64,000 bases of DNA from Octopus bimaculoides (taxonomy: Eukaryota), in assembly GCF_001194135.2 (NCBI RefSeq), contig NC_069003.1:27939019-28003018 (forward strand). The letters run 5' to 3'. Every line of letters starts with the position of its first letter. The first letter of the stretch is position 1. Shown here piece after piece: positions 36,208 to 50,839 of the stretch. Both the position numbers and the translations under genes were made by a program. The notes under the pieces were generated by a model that worked only from the letters and a program-made list of their open reading frames with translations, ran no database searches and had not been told where the DNA came from.

Positions 36208-37077
36208 TACTTTATCACAATTATAATTTTTTTTTTCAGGGTTTCGGTTGTGCATACTATAAGAGTCACAGGGCACTGCTCCATGTGGTCACACAGTTTT
36301 CATCTGACTAGGAATATTAGGGTTTCATCCATTGTCTTGTATTCAAGATCCTCTGCATGACACCCTGTTAGTTCAAAGCCTGGGAGATGACCTAGATAGA
36401 TAGATAGTTATGATTTGAGAACAAAAATTGGCAGTCTGAATAACAAGTATGTTATTAAGAATATGTAACATCTATCATAAAAGTCCTTCTTAAATGTTAG
36501 AATCTGAATTTGTGTACATCAATTATTAAACCTGTTTAAAATTTCTAACTAGCTACTTTACTTGTAAAAATATTAGTTACCATGAAATATGACACATGTG
36601 AGAGTATGTTGTTTCTTGTCAATGTCAAAAGTAATTCATTATTACAAGAAGTAAATTTTGATACATTTTTTACCAAATCTCAATTAATTAGTTATTAGAT
36701 TTACCGTTTATTACAAAAAAAAACAACAAACAAACTAAAGTACTAAAACAAATTTTTACATAAAAAAAATACAATAATTAATTAGAATATGTAAAGGATT
36801 AAAGCTGACATCTTCTCATTGTCTTATTCTTGTTTCAAATGAAGATAAATAGGCTTTGAAAAAGATTTCATTGAATGGTCTACAATTATTCGGAATAATT
36901 TATTTGTTTCTTGCTACCTACTTAACTGAAGTGATATTTTTAACTCATGAAAATTAAGTTTTTTAAAAGAAACAGTTTTAATTACTAATCTTTAATTGCT
37001 AATCTTTCTTGTGTACTTCTAATCATTGTCTCAAACACACAAGCACACACACATATATATACATATTTGTACATACA

Positions 37078-37570
<493 letters not shown>

Positions 37571-37930
37571 CATATACATACACACACACGATTTTGCTCT
37601 TTTTTACAATTGTTGTGACTTGTCTTGTTTTTCTTTATCATTATTACTAACTCTTTTGTGCATCATATGTGTCTGTCTTTTCTCCTACTTTAATAAACTT
37701 AATTACTACTTAACATTTTCCCATCATCATTGCAGCCATGCTCAAACGTTTCTAACAAAATCTCTCTACTATTCATGAATTTCTATTGCTCATAGTAACT
37801 GCCCCTTATTGTCGTTTGTATTTGAGAGTTGATTGATGAATGTTCAAGCAGGTCTTCCCCTACTGTATCTCCTGTGAGTTGGTTCCCACAACAGTAGCTT
37901 GTGTATGACTTCCTGTTTATTCTGCAGCAA

Positions 37931-38429
37931 AGGAAGTGTGTGTGAGGGGAGACAAATCTTTTTAGTTGGAGTTATGAACTCTTTTTGAACAGGAAGTTTG
38001 TCATAACTCCAACTAAAAAGATTTGTCTCCCCTTACACACACTTCCTGTTTTGACACCACACTTCCTGCTTAACACAAACTTTTAGCCCTTTTTTTAAAC
38101 CTAACACAGCTCTCAATTCTCATGCATCCTTATTTTTCCAACTATTATATACACGAATTACCATTGAACTGCAAAAGCTCAAAGACAATATAATGTATTG
38201 GTATATTTATTTTTTTATATATTATTTTTTTTTATATATTATTTTCTTCATTTTGTACTTCTTTGTAAAAAACATTTTCATTCTCCCTCTTGAAAATTTG
38301 CAATGCAACGAAAGCCAGTTAAAAATCTTTATTAAAATATGCTTCCAGTTTAGCATTCCGCCTTATTATTATTTTTCATTTTCCTGTTATTTCTCCATGT
38401 GTGGTTAACACAACCCCACTATTTACTGA

Positions 38430-38433
<4 letters not shown>
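37931..38433 (-). mobile_element. Element X, second copy (may extend further left)
   Basis: Ends ccccactatttactgactta|(TA)n. Internal hairpin with ~47-bp arms at 37931-37978 and 38002-38048. Confidence 0.85.
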
Positions 38434-38470
<37 letters not shown>

Positions 38471-38484
38471 TTATTTACCCTTTA

Positions 38485-38563
<79 letters not shown>

Positions 38564-38848
38564 NNNNNNNNNNNNNNNNNNNNNNNNNNNNNNNNNNNNN
38601 NNNNNNNNNNNNNNNNNNNNNNNNNNNNNNNNNNNNNNNNNNNNNNNNNNNNNNNNNNNNNNNNNNNNNNNNNNNNNNNNNNNNNNNNNNNNNNNNNNNN
38701 NNNNNNNNNNNNNNNNNNNNNNNNNNNNNNNNNNNNNNNNNNNNNNNNNNNNNNNNNNNNNNNNNNNNNNNNNNNNNNNNNNNNNNNNNNNNNNNNNNNN
38801 NNNNNNNNNNNNNNNNNNNNNNNNNNNNNNNNNNNNNNNNNNNNNNNN

Positions 38849-38913
<65 letters not shown>

Positions 38914-39049
38914 GTATCACACACACACACACACACACAATGGGTTTTAATGTATGTGCTCTTCAAAGCACTTCTATATTTGTGAAGTCTACAGTAATTT
39001 TCTGACTTGGCTACATAATGCCAAAACTAAAGAGTTGTACCATATTCAC

Positions 39050-39380
39050 CATTTGATGTTTGTTTTCTCATGCTGGCTTTTTCAACATGAGCTGGATGGT
39101 TCAACATGAAGTGGTGAACCAGAGGATTACACCAAGCCCCAGAATCATTTTAAGTATGGTTTCTATAGCTGGATGCCCTTTCTTAATGCTAATCGCTTTA
39201 CAGAGTATACTGGGTGCTTTTTATGTGGCACCAGCCCCAGTGAGGTCACCAAGTAACTCGCATAACAAGACTCTCTCAACTGAGAGAGGATATAGTATTG
39301 AAGAAGGTTGCTCTATGCCAGGGGATGAAATGCTAAAGTATGAAAAAGAGACAGGAACAGGTGTCTCACTTTTAGTCAAT
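39050..39380 (-). mobile_element. Family C SINE
   Basis: ttctatagctggatgccctttcttaatgctaatc...tactgggtgctttttatgtggcaccagc...ctctcaactgagag. Confidence 0.75.
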
Positions 39381-40574
39381 TCTTAAAACGGACAGAAACA
39401 TATTAGCCTTAAAAAAAAAAAAAACAGAACACACATACACACCACACATACACAATGGAATTAAGCATTACGATATAAAGTTATTCACTCAATGAATACT
39501 TTGTTATTATAATCATAAGGTAATTATGTTTGTTATTAATTTTAGTCACCCTTATAATGTATCTGTTTAGCCTTTTCAATCATTTTCTTTCCCGTTTTTC
39601 CCTTTTAACCTTATTTTGATTACAGATCTTTGTTATTTTTTTGTCTTCGTAATTTGGTTTCTATCTACAATACCCGACTAATTTTCTGTTTCTACATTGG
39701 CTTTTAATTATGGTTTCATCTTTTCATTAATTACAATATTTCATTAATTTTTCTATTTGCTCTACTCTCTTATTTCTTGGGAAATCTCTTTTCAGAATGA
39801 TTTAATATCTTTGAGAGGTATCATTTATGTTAAGAATTTGTGTGTGTGTGTGTGTGTGTGTATGTGTGTGGTGTTATGATACACAGAATTCACCAAAGCA
39901 TTTTGGTACAAACAAATAATGTATATGCTTTGTGTGTTTATACAATAGTTATTTTCCCTTGACTCTTAACACTATATGAGGCATTTTTCAGAGCAGTGCA
40001 AAGCATGTTTTTGTTTTGTTTTTTTCATATATTTATGATATTAAACATTTACAATAAATGAAATTTATTTCAAGAGAAAGAGAAGAGAGACAATGTAATT
40101 AAAACGTTGGAATAATCAATACCTGTGAACAATAAAAATATGAGATTTTGTTATGAACATTTATAACTAAAGTCATCTTAGCTGCTTCTCGACAGAAATT
40201 GAATTGGTGTCACTTCACTGGTAATGCATCACATATTTCACTGTGACTAATGTGTATATGTGTTAATTTATCTGTCAGGTATTTTATGGTCGTTTATCTG
40301 TCAGGTATTTTATGGCCATCGCTTGTAGCCCTTGATGGATATCAGAGATTTGTCAATACAAATGATATCATCATTGGTGTCCTCACCACACTTTCTGGAT
40401 TTCTTTTGGTTCATTTTTAACACTTTATTATTTAAACGAGCCATTGTTGGTGTGTTTACATCCCCATAACTTAGTAGTTTAGCAATAAGAGATCCAATAA
40501 AATAAGTACCAGGCTTAACAAAATTAAGTTTTGTAGTCAATTCATTCAACTAAAAATTCTCCATTGCTGCAGTC

Positions 40575-40880
40575 TGTCTATCTCTATCTAGGTCATCCTG
40601 CAGGATGCCCCAAGACTGTTTCCACATGTTTTCCCCACTCCTCTCAATCTTCCATAATGATCCTCAGCTCCTGTACCCCTTCCATGCCAGTATTTTCCAG
40701 CAAGTTGTTGATATAGATCATCTTCCTCCTTCTTCTCCTGGTTCTTCCTTCCATTGGTTGCATGTTAGCAATTTCATTGGTGTGTCTGATGCAGTGTCCA
40801 GCTAGCCTCATCCTCCTATGCTGTATCTTCAATGTTATTTTTGATAGTCACTGGTATAAGTCGGCGTTTGTTGTATGACT
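40575..40880 (-). mobile_element. RTE-clade LINE, 3' coding end
   Basis: KIQHRRMRLAGHCIRH...QPMEGRTRRRRRKMIYINNLLENTGMEGVQELRIIMED, the RTE RRLRLAGHC block. Confidence 0.8.
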
Positions 40881-40883
40881 CTT

Positions 40884-40929
<46 letters not shown>

Positions 40930-41780
40930 CTTGGCCTAAGTCCTAAGTAAGTTGTTTATTTTCTTTATAGAAGTGTAATAATTTAAATAAATTATTAGAA
41001 TTCTAGACTTCAAACTGAATCTTAATTTGACTGAGACAAATGTCTCATAATTACACCAACAACTGAATACTAGTCTGCCCATAAAACATTAAAGTTATAT
41101 GAGCTAATGAAGGAGCTGCTACATGGTTGTTTGATCTGCTGCAAATAAGAGTCAAATTTCCTTTAAATCACACCTTGCTAACTAACAAGAAAAAAAAAAA
41201 GGAAGAACCTATTACATGAAATAGTCTGAGTTAAACAATGTCTAAACAAAAGATGTGATCACACAACTGCAATACCATTAACTGTACTTTAATTGAAGTG
41301 AGTCGGAGATAGGACTAAACAAATACATAAGAGAAATTATCTTTATGTCAAAAGTGTCAGTTCACTCATATAAATGTCTATTTATATTAGTTTGTGTACA
41401 ATTTATAGCTTTATTTATTCATTGTTTTGTTTGTCTTTAAGAAATATTAGTCTAAAATGTGCAAATCCTCACCCATTCACACTCCTAGTTCTTTTCTCGA
41501 AACCTATTTCTACTCGCTTCATACCTTGAGGGGTGAGGGAACCATTTGGACACCTCACTACCATTTATCTCATCACAGCTACTACTCATTCATTCTCACT
41601 CTCTCCTCTAAAATTCTTATGACAATAAGGATGGTAATTTATATACATCAAACCAACAAAATGTATATGCTAAGTGTTTGAAATGAAAGTGCTTTCAGTA
41701 ATTTAAAGCCAGTCGGATATTAATGCATTCTATTTGACTTTTATGTATATATATATTTCTAAAATGTAATCTTTCTTTAA

Positions 41781-42027
41781 CCCTTTTGCTGCAAAATTAA
41801 ATTACATGGTTGTTCCTGAAATGATGTTGAATATCTACCCCCAAAATAGAATTGGTATTTTCTGCCAGTCACTTTACCGCAATAAATTTGATATATCTTG
41901 ACATAACAGAAAATAGTTTCAAACATGACATTCCTCAACAAAAGATAGATTCATATGGAAAACTGCTTTTCACAGCTGAATGTAATGAAATTTAATGTGG
42001 ATATATCCGCTTTCCATCGTAAAAGGG
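41781..42027. mobile_element. piggyBac-like MITE (247 bp)
   Basis: TTAA|CCCTTTT ... AAAAGGG|TTAA: TTAA duplication with 7-bp terminal inverted repeats. Confidence 0.7.
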
Positions 42028-43189
42028 TTAATATAAGTAAACGTTTAATTAAAAGCTTACTTAACACGTTTCAAACTGAGATTAAGAATGAAGACTTTGG
42101 AGAGGTTTCACTACAAGTCTGTTAACATTTCTCTCTAGTTCACTAACCAAACTGGATTCTTTACAGTATTTCAAAGTACTTTACTTATGCTCAAGTATCA
42201 ATGTTCTTACTCATTAACTTACAGTAATTTCATTAGATCTTAATTGTTAAAAAGTCTTTGAACTGGACACATGAAAGTTGTTAGAAAAATATCTCTGAAA
42301 ATCAGAGAATAACATTTAAATAAGATTATATTTGTAATCAAAATATTATTTTTAATTATAATTTTTCTATAATTTACATAAATGTTTTAACTATATTTCT
42401 TACATTAAAATTGCTTTATTGCATTTCTTTATTCTGTGTGAATTAAACAGAGAGAGAGAAAAAAAATAATACGTGAAATGTCTAAGTTAATTTAATTTTC
42501 TTTCCTTTTCAACTTATTGATTTTGTCAAATACTGTATTACTGATCAGAGAAAATAGACCACTTTTATGACATTTTTTTTTTGTTTAGTTTCTGCTATAC
42601 ATTTCATTTGATTTGTTTTTTGTTTGTTTTTTTATTTTTATTTTGTGTTTGTTTATAAGAGAAGCTTGGAGAAGCTACATATTGTATTAAAGGCGAGGCA
42701 AGAATGAATATTAGAAATATGAAGGAAAATTGATAATTTGCATGTCTATGTTATAGTCATACACATGATTTTAATAAATGTAGGAAATATTTTCTCATGT
42801 CTCTCTACACCTACAAGCACTCAGTGTCTTGTTTTTCACAGTTGTTGCCTACCTCCTACTCATTTCCCCATCTCCAGGTTTCCATATACTCCTACTTCCT
42901 CTGTCCCCACTCACTTCTGTTGACACTGTACCTTGAGGATGACACCTGAGTGTCTCACAATCATTGTTTATCTCATTACATCTATTAGTGATTCATTCTT
43001 ACTGCCTCCTGTTACTGTGGGTAGCCATGTAGCTACTCTATAACAAGAATCTGTTATGGCCCCACCTTTCATATTTTACTCTCTCCTCCCATAACATAAA
43101 GCAAAACTCCATTGCCTTTGGTGTTCATAATCTTGTGATCAGAATAGCGATGGTGGCTTAAAAAATTTAAAAATTAAAGAAAAAACAAA

Positions 43190-43354
43190 ACACCCTGTGC
43201 ATACTGTAAAGTGGTCTGTGCCAGAGGGGCATCCAGTTGTAGAAACCATGCCAAAGCAGGCACTGGAGCACAATGCAATCCTTGGGCCCACTAGATCCTG
43301 TCAAACCATCCAACCCATGCTAGCATGGAACATGGGCATTAAATGATGAGGAGG
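43190..43354 (+). mobile_element. Family C SINE, 3' part
   Basis: ggggcatccagttgtagaaaccatgcc...tcctgtcaaaccatccaacccatgctagcatggaa...aaatgatgag. Confidence 0.8.
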
Positions 43355-43409
43355 ATTTTGCTAATTTCAAAGTACGCCATTCTCTAATCCAATATGATCT
43401 GCATCATTA

Positions 43410-43520
43410 AGGTGATGAGCTGGCAGAACTGTTAGCACACCAGACAAAATACTTAGCAGAGTCCATCTTTACATTCTAAGTTCAAAATTCCACCGAGGTT
43501 GACTTTACCTTTCATCCAAG
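43410..43520 (+). mobile_element. Deu/Nin-like SINE, 5' part
   Basis: gagctggcagaactgttagcac...agttcaaaattccaccgaggttgactttacctttcatcc. Confidence 0.75.
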
Positions 43521-44649
43521 AACTTGGATTTGAATTAAAGATCGTCTACACCTATATATTTTTTTTCCTTGCCTTATACTTGATTTACATAATTATATAT
43601 AAACTCACACACACATAACAGGCTTCCACACAGTCTCTGTCTATCAAATTTATTTGCAAGGCATTGCCTGACTCAGGGCTATAATATATTGTATGAAGCA
43701 GCAACAATGATTGTTCTATATAAAACATAAAAAATATAGATATGTTCTTTTCCTACAAGCGGTATTATACTAAAACAACAGGCTTCTTTGTGAACTCGAT
43801 TCAATTATAATTATTGAAGGCAAGTTTTGTTTTTTAGTCATGATAATGCAGTCACTTCATTGCCATATGCATAAAGTATTGTAGAAAGAGCCTCCTCTCT
43901 GAAAGTTATGCTTTAAAGTGGACCAAATGCTTTTTCATTCTCCTATCAACAAAGAATATTTCTGTGGACATATTAAATACTGGCCCTAATTCATTTTATT
44001 GCCTTAATCAATTATTTGTACATCCATTGTACTGAATATCAATGAGACTGTTGTGTAACTTGCATACCATTCTAGTTGTTTCCTAATTTGAAACCTGCTG
44101 TATTTGTCCTTCCTGGGGGTTTGTGTGTTTAGTATAAGCGTGTTTAATATTTAATATTAATTTTGTAATTGGCAACTATTGTCTCCCCTCATCTTGTTTG
44201 CAGTAATTACGTTGTTCTTTAAGTATCTAAATAATGCCTGATTGATCTTTGTTAACCTGCAAATAATGCTACATGTGAATTTTTTTATTATTATTCTATT
44301 TACACTACATGTTATGCAGCTCTGTGTATTACTAATTTAGCATTTTCCAATGTGGTAGAACACTGAAGTTGTGTATTTGTGGGCATTAAGTCAGGTTTCA
44401 GATATTTGATGTAGTAACCACTTCTACCCGATATTAATGAGACAAACTCATTACATTATGTGCAGACTAACATCAACTATATAGATATAGGTATACAGGT
44501 GAGTGGACAAACAAAAGAAAGAGGCATTCAATGTGTTTAGTAGAAGCTTACATATATTATCATATCAAGCAGGAGCCTATGAAACTTCAAGCTGCATGGG
44601 ATCAAATCAAACTGTTTTAAACAATAACAACAATAACAATAATTCTTTT

Positions 44650-44850
44650 TACTAAGGCCTGAAATTAGCAGGGAGGGGACTGGTTGATATAAGCAACCCC
44701 AGTGTTTCACTGGTACTTAATTTATCAACCCTGAAAGGATGAAAGGCAAAGTTGACCTCGGCAGGATTTGAACTCAGAATGTAGCAAGGGGTAAAACACC
44801 ACTTAGCATTTTGCCTGGCGTGCTAACGATTATGACAGCTCACTGCCTTT
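44650..44850 (-). mobile_element. Deu/Nin-like SINE, full length
   Basis: ggtacttaatttatcaaccctgaaaggatgaaaggcaaagttgacctcggcaggatttgaactcagaa...gtgctaacgattatgacagctcac. Confidence 0.85.
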
Positions 44851-45014
44851 AAGAATAATAATAATTGCTTGGGACTGCAAGAGTACTCTGTAGGATTCTT
44901 GATCAGTAAACATGTATCACCTTAGTCTGCTGGCTGTGGACAGCTGACACTTTCCTTCATACACAGCAAAATAAGCTGAGAGTTTTCATCAAATAATAAT
45001 AATAATAATATTAA

Positions 45015-45187
45015 TCCTTTCTATTATAGGCACAAGGCTTGAAGTTTTGTGGGAGGGGACTAGTTAATTACAGGATGAAAGGCAAAGTTGATCTCGGTGG
45101 AATTTGAACTCAGTGCATAACTGCAGATGAAATACCACTAAGCATTTTGCCCAGCATGCTATCGACTCTGCCAGCTTGCTGCCTTAA
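45015..45187 (-). mobile_element. Deu/Nin-like SINE with an internal deletion
   Basis: ggcacaaggcttgaag...ggatgaaaggcaaagttgatctcggtggaatttgaactcag...tctgccagcttgctgcctt. Confidence 0.85.
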
Positions 45188-45241
45188 TAATAATAATAAT
45201 TATATATATATATATACACATATACATATATATATATAATA

Positions 45242-45354
45242 TTGGGCTATCCCATAAATAATGCGGTTTTTTATACTTCTATTATTTTTCAAAATTAAGA
45301 TTAATTTTTTTTTTTAATCCAAAATATACTCTCCTTCATTTTCTACAATGCTCT
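45242..45354 (-). mobile_element. 3' end of a mariner-type transposon
   Basis: TA|TTGGGCTATCCCATAAATAATGCGG terminus. The minus strand reads SIVENEGEYILD*, a mariner transposase C-terminus. Truncated by the adjacent SINE. Confidence 0.75.
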
Positions 45355-45500
45355 AAGTTCAAATTCCACCAAGGTCAACTTTGCCATTCATCCTCTCGGG
45401 GTCGATAAATTAAGTACCAGTTGCATACTGGAGTCAATCTAATGAACTAGCCCCTTCCCCAAAAATTTCACCCCTTCTGCCTAGAATAGAAAAGATTATT
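45351..45500 (+). mobile_element. Deu/Nin-like SINE, 3' part
   Basis: agttcaaattccaccaaggtcaactttgccattcatcctctcggggtcgataaattaagtaccagttgcatactgg...tagaaaaga(TTA)n. Confidence 0.85.
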
Positions 45501-46644
45501 ATTATTATTGTTGTTGTTATCAATTTTATGTTCTTTAAGTAAAAGGCAACCCCTTTTAACATTACCCGTGTTGTTAGTACATATCGATTGAGTGAATTAA
45601 TATTATTTTCACCTGAAACTCATTTGGTGTACTTTCTTAACATCTTCTTGTGTCAGTTTCTATATACATATATCTAGCGTACAGTTAGAATCAATCTCAC
45701 ATAACTTCATTTGTAATGCAGGCTTTTAATATTCTCATTTTGTTTGTTAGAGTCTTGTAGAACAGAGCTGTCTGCTGACATTAATGATACTTAAACTAAC
45801 TTGAGAATAATGGTTTCCACACTGAGCAGAATTATGCACTGCCTTCGCAGATTATTGCTATTTATGTTAGACCTTCCACCTGTGACCATATCATGTATTT
45901 TTTATATCAGAAATTATATTCTCCTGTGACACTTTCCATTTTTGAGATGGTAAACATGGTCTGTGAGAGATTTGGCTTCTTTTTCTAGCAGCCGAAGGAC
46001 TATATGGAGGCCAGAGCTGTTAGAACTGGCTTTGGTTTGCATTTAATTTTTGTGCCTATGGTAAAAATCTTAACCCAGAGTGACAAGTAATTCCTAGTTT
46101 TGATCTTTAATGTTAACCCGTTTCACCTTTAGTAAGTTATTTTCATGAATACTTTCAATTATATATGATATTATGTAATTTATCTCTCTCAATACATCTA
46201 CAGAATATTTTATTGATTGGAGTCTACAACATCTGAAAGATGTTCTGACATATAGCATTGCTCTCTCACATACTCTCTATCTTTTCTGATGACCTTTCCT
46301 ATACGGCAAAATCCCAGCATATGTAGGTACAACGACGACCACCACCAACACCACCAGGAATTTAGCGGATGTATGTTTCTTTGGCATGTATTCTGTAGAT
46401 GACATATTTCTTATTTGTAAACAGCTTTATTGGTGAAAATAAATCCTGTCCAATTTTGAGGATATCTTTGATACTTTACTTGACACAAGAAATATGCCAT
46501 TAATAGAAATGGACTCTTGAATATCAAATATCCATTATCCATTAGATTAACTCAGATATACATCCAGTCACGACTATTAAATGGAGATGGAACATACATA
46601 ATATGTATAGTAACTCTCATTAACTGATATAGTCTAACAGAAAT

Positions 46645-46680
<36 letters not shown>

Positions 46681-47036
46681 CAACAGAAGAATCGGAGGAA
46701 AGTGGTGAACTGTGTCAGCAGAAATTATAAAGTGAAGTTTGTGAGTTCAGATGAGCTTGTATGTCAGAGAGAGAGAAAAAGAATCTGACGTTTTGTTAAC
46801 TGATCCCTTACTTGAAAGGAATGAAGAATTCTCAACTGAAATGTTTAGAAATCACTGACAGTGTATAAAAGCAAGATGAGAAATAAAGTGTATGAGCAAA
46901 AGAAGTGCTTTTAGGTAATATATTCTGAAGATAGAAGGCAATATATCAGAAGAATTTTTGGGAATGAATAATCCACAAAAGTGAGATCTCAGCGAAATAA
47001 AAACCGAGCTGATTGTAAAATTCTCTATCTCTCACA

Positions 47037-47116
<80 letters not shown>

Positions 47117-48070
47117 TTGTGTGTGTATGTGTGTGTGTATTTAGATAGATAGATAGATAGATAGAAGTAAATGTAAGGATATGCATGTTAGGCAGGTCAA
47201 TATACAAAGTATATTAAATACATGAACTACAAAAAAAAATGTATATATGTTTCCATATATACTTGCTTATGCTTACATTTACTTCCCTACCTGCTCACAC
47301 TTACAAACTGGTTACAAACCAAAGGGTTTTACATTAAGGTAAGAGGATAATTTTATAACTTCATTAAACTGAAAAGCAATTTTGTTAAACTGAAGAGCAA
47401 AAATAAAAATAGGACTGCAGCTGGAAGTGCTCAGGTGACACTGAAGCAAAAGGAGAAATAAATTGAAAGGTATAATGAATAAACACTCCAGTTGGAGTGT
47501 TTATTCATTATACCGTTCAAAATATATATATATATATANNNNNNNNNNNNNNNNNNNNNNNNNNNNNNNNNNNNNNNNNNNNNNNNNNNNNNNNNNNNNN
47601 NNNNNNNNNNNNNNNNNNNNNNNNNNNNNNNNNNNNNNNNNNNNNNNNNNNNNNNNNNNNNNNNNNNNNNNNNNNNNNNNNNNNNNNNNNNNNNNNNNNN
47701 NNNNNNNNNNNNNNNNNNNNNNNNNNNNNNNNNNNNNNNNNNNNNNNNNNNNNNNNNNNNNNNNNNNNNNNNNNNNNNNNNNNNNNNNNNNNNNNNNNNN
47801 NNNNNNNNNNNNNNNNNNNNNNNNNNNNNNNNNNNNNNNNNNNNNNNNNNNNNNNNNNNNNNNNNNNNNNNNNNNNNNNNNNNNNNNNNNNNNNNNNNNN
47901 NNNNNNNNNNNNNNNNNNNNNNNNNNNNNNNNNNNNNNNNNNNNNNNNNNNNNNNNNNNATATATATTAAATGAACATACCTTCATACATACCTTCACAG
48001 TCGTTTTTTTCTGCTATTTTGGTGATGATTTTTTGAGTTAGCTTACCAATTATTTTTGTTGGTAGTTAAT

Positions 48071-48107
<37 letters not shown>

Positions 48108-50357
48108 AAGAGATAGTGGTACAAATAAATATTACGTTTGACATATATAGACATGCACATACACTCATCTATCTATTTGCTGATTAATCAGCATGTCACT
48201 GGTCGCTTGTTTATTTGGCAAACTTGATGAGTTGAGAAATGCATAATGCATTACATAATCTATTGGAGGTCGTGCATACTGCTTACTTGGTGGTACCATG
48301 TTTACACTACAATTGTAGCAATACCAAATTAACAATTTCTCTGCTTTTATTATTTATATATATATACTTGTATGTATAAATGTATTATGTTGGTGGATAT
48401 AGTAAAATATTTGTCTTTTGATATGTAGATACTAAGTCTGTTATACTTAAAACGAATGGTGATGTGAAAGTATTTTGGTAACACAGTTATCAATGATCAA
48501 TTCCATTGATAGCAGGCCAGTACAGCAGGAGCTCTGCTTAGTTCTCGGAGAATTCTGTACTCAAGGTTTAACTGAGCTGATTGTCTTATTTTTTTCCTTT
48601 CCCTTTTTTTCTTTTCATTTAAATTAATAAGATTATTAACCTTAGTACCACCTACTATAACTATAGCTGAATGTTCTGTAATTAAGCGAAAAAGCCGATT
48701 TTTTTTCTGCGTATTGTTTTTATAAATTGTTTTGATGATATAATTTGCATGGATGCTATGGAGATAAACTGCACATTGTATATGACTAGATCATTCATAA
48801 TGGCCATGTTTATAAACACGATACAAGATTAGTCACCATGACATTGCTGAAGCAATTGTTAACTATGAAATAAAAATAGTATCACAAACACCAATCTTCA
48901 ATTTACATATTATATATATATANNNNNNNNNNNNNNNNNNNNNNNNNNNNNNNNNNNNNNNNNNNNNNNNNNNNNNNNNNNNNNNNNNNNNNNNNNNNNN
49001 NNNNNNNNNNNNNNNNNNNNNNNNNNNNNNNNNNNNNNNNNNNNNNNNNNNNNNNNNNNNNNNNNNNNNNNNNNNNNNNNNNNNNNNNNNNNNNNNNNNN
49101 NNNNNNNNNNNNNNNNNNNNNNNNNNNNNNNNNNNNNNNNNNNNNNNNNNNNNNNNNNNNNNNNNNNNNNNNNNNNNNNNNNNNNNNNNNNNNNNNNNNN
49201 NNNNNNNNNNNNNNNNNNNNNNNNNNNNNNNNNNNNNNNNNNNNNNNNNNNNNNNNNNNNNNNNNNNNNNNNNNNNNNNNNNNNNNNNNNNNNNNNNNNN
49301 NNNNNNNNNNNNNNNNNNNNNNNNNNNNNNNNNNNNNNNNNNNNNNNNNNNNNNNNNNNNNNNNNNNNNNNNNNNNNNNNNNNNNNNNNNNNNNNNNNNN
49401 NNNNNNNNNNNNNNNNNNNNNNNNNNNNNNNNNNNNNNNNNNNNNNNNNNNNNNNNNNNNNNNNNNNNNNNNNNNNNNNNNNNNNNNNNNNNNNNNNNNN
49501 NNNNNNNNNNNNNNNNNNAAGTTATTGGGATGTAAACACACCAACACCTGTTGCCTGTTGTCAAGTGGTGGTGGTGGTGGTGGTGGTGGGACACACACAC
49601 ACACACACACACACACATACGTATACATAAACATGTCAGATTTCTTTCAGTTTCCGTCCACTACATCCACTGACAAGGCTTTGGTGTTTATATTCTGTTG
49701 CAGGATTACTCATTTTTACCAGCTGAGTAAGCTGGAACAATGGGGAATGGAGTGTTTTGCTCAAGAACACAATGCATCGCCTGATCCAGAAATCAAAACC
49801 ACAATCTTACAAACATTAGACCAGCACCTTCACCACTAAGCCATGCGCCTCTACAAATGTCAAAATCACCTTCTGTGAATTGCGTATAATTGTTTGACCA
49901 ACTACTTACATGTCATAGGACTGACCTGGAGACTAAATAATAACAACAGCAACAACAACACCATAAGCCTCTTCCAATTACTTACACGTCTTAACATGAT
50001 CAGCCATGACCAGTGGAGGTGAAGGTAGCTAAACAATACTAGGAGAAACAGGAATAACAACCATATATTACCTACAGGCCATATGACTTCTTGATCAACA
50101 ATGACCTGGGTTTAATAACAACTACCACTGCATTAATTATATGCCATAGGACTGCTTGACCAAAACTGACCTTGGGCTAAGCAGCAACAACAACAACAAC
50201 AAAATTCTTATTCAGTTCTTCTATTACAAACCTAGTTTATGATAAGATTATAATTTCTTGAACTTCATCACAGGAGATGATATCTACAAGGCACTTCAAT
50301 TAATTTGATCTCTGATTATCATTAGGGAGGAAAACAATCAAAACACAGAATTGATGT

Positions 50358-50560
50358 AATCATCATCATCATAATGTCCACTTTTCCATGTTTGCATGGG
50401 TCACACAGAATTTATTGTGGAAAATTTTCTATGGCCGGATGCCCTTTCTGTTGCCAACCTTCACCTGTTTCCAAGTAAGGTAATATTTCCCTCAAACCTG
50501 GACATGTTTTTATGGAAGATTGGAAATGAAGGACATCATTTGCCTGACCGTGATGTATAT
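50358..50560 (-). mobile_element. Family C variant SINE
   Basis: (CAT)n aatgtccacttttccatgtttgcatgggtc...ggccggatgccctttctgttgccaacc. Confidence 0.75.
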
Positions 50561-50839
50561 GATATCAAAGCCAGTGACATACTTACATACATAAGCACAC
50601 ACTCACACATAGATATTAAACCACATATATATACATATACGCAACAGGCTTTTATTAGTTTCCATACACCAAGTCCACTCATAAGACTTTCGTTGACCTG
50701 AGGTAATTGTAAAAAACATTTGTGCAAGGTGCCATACAGTGGGACTGAACTTAAAACCATGTCTTTGGGAAGCTAACATCTAACTATATGTTCATGCCAG
50801 TAACAATATGGTTAACAATCCAAAATGGCCATAGTTTTC

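Noticed and set aside
46775-46820. Minus-strand ...AAGGGATCAGTTAACAAAACGTC, a hammerhead-like PLE relic
   Set aside because: The CUGANGA core, stem II and GAAA are all mutated.
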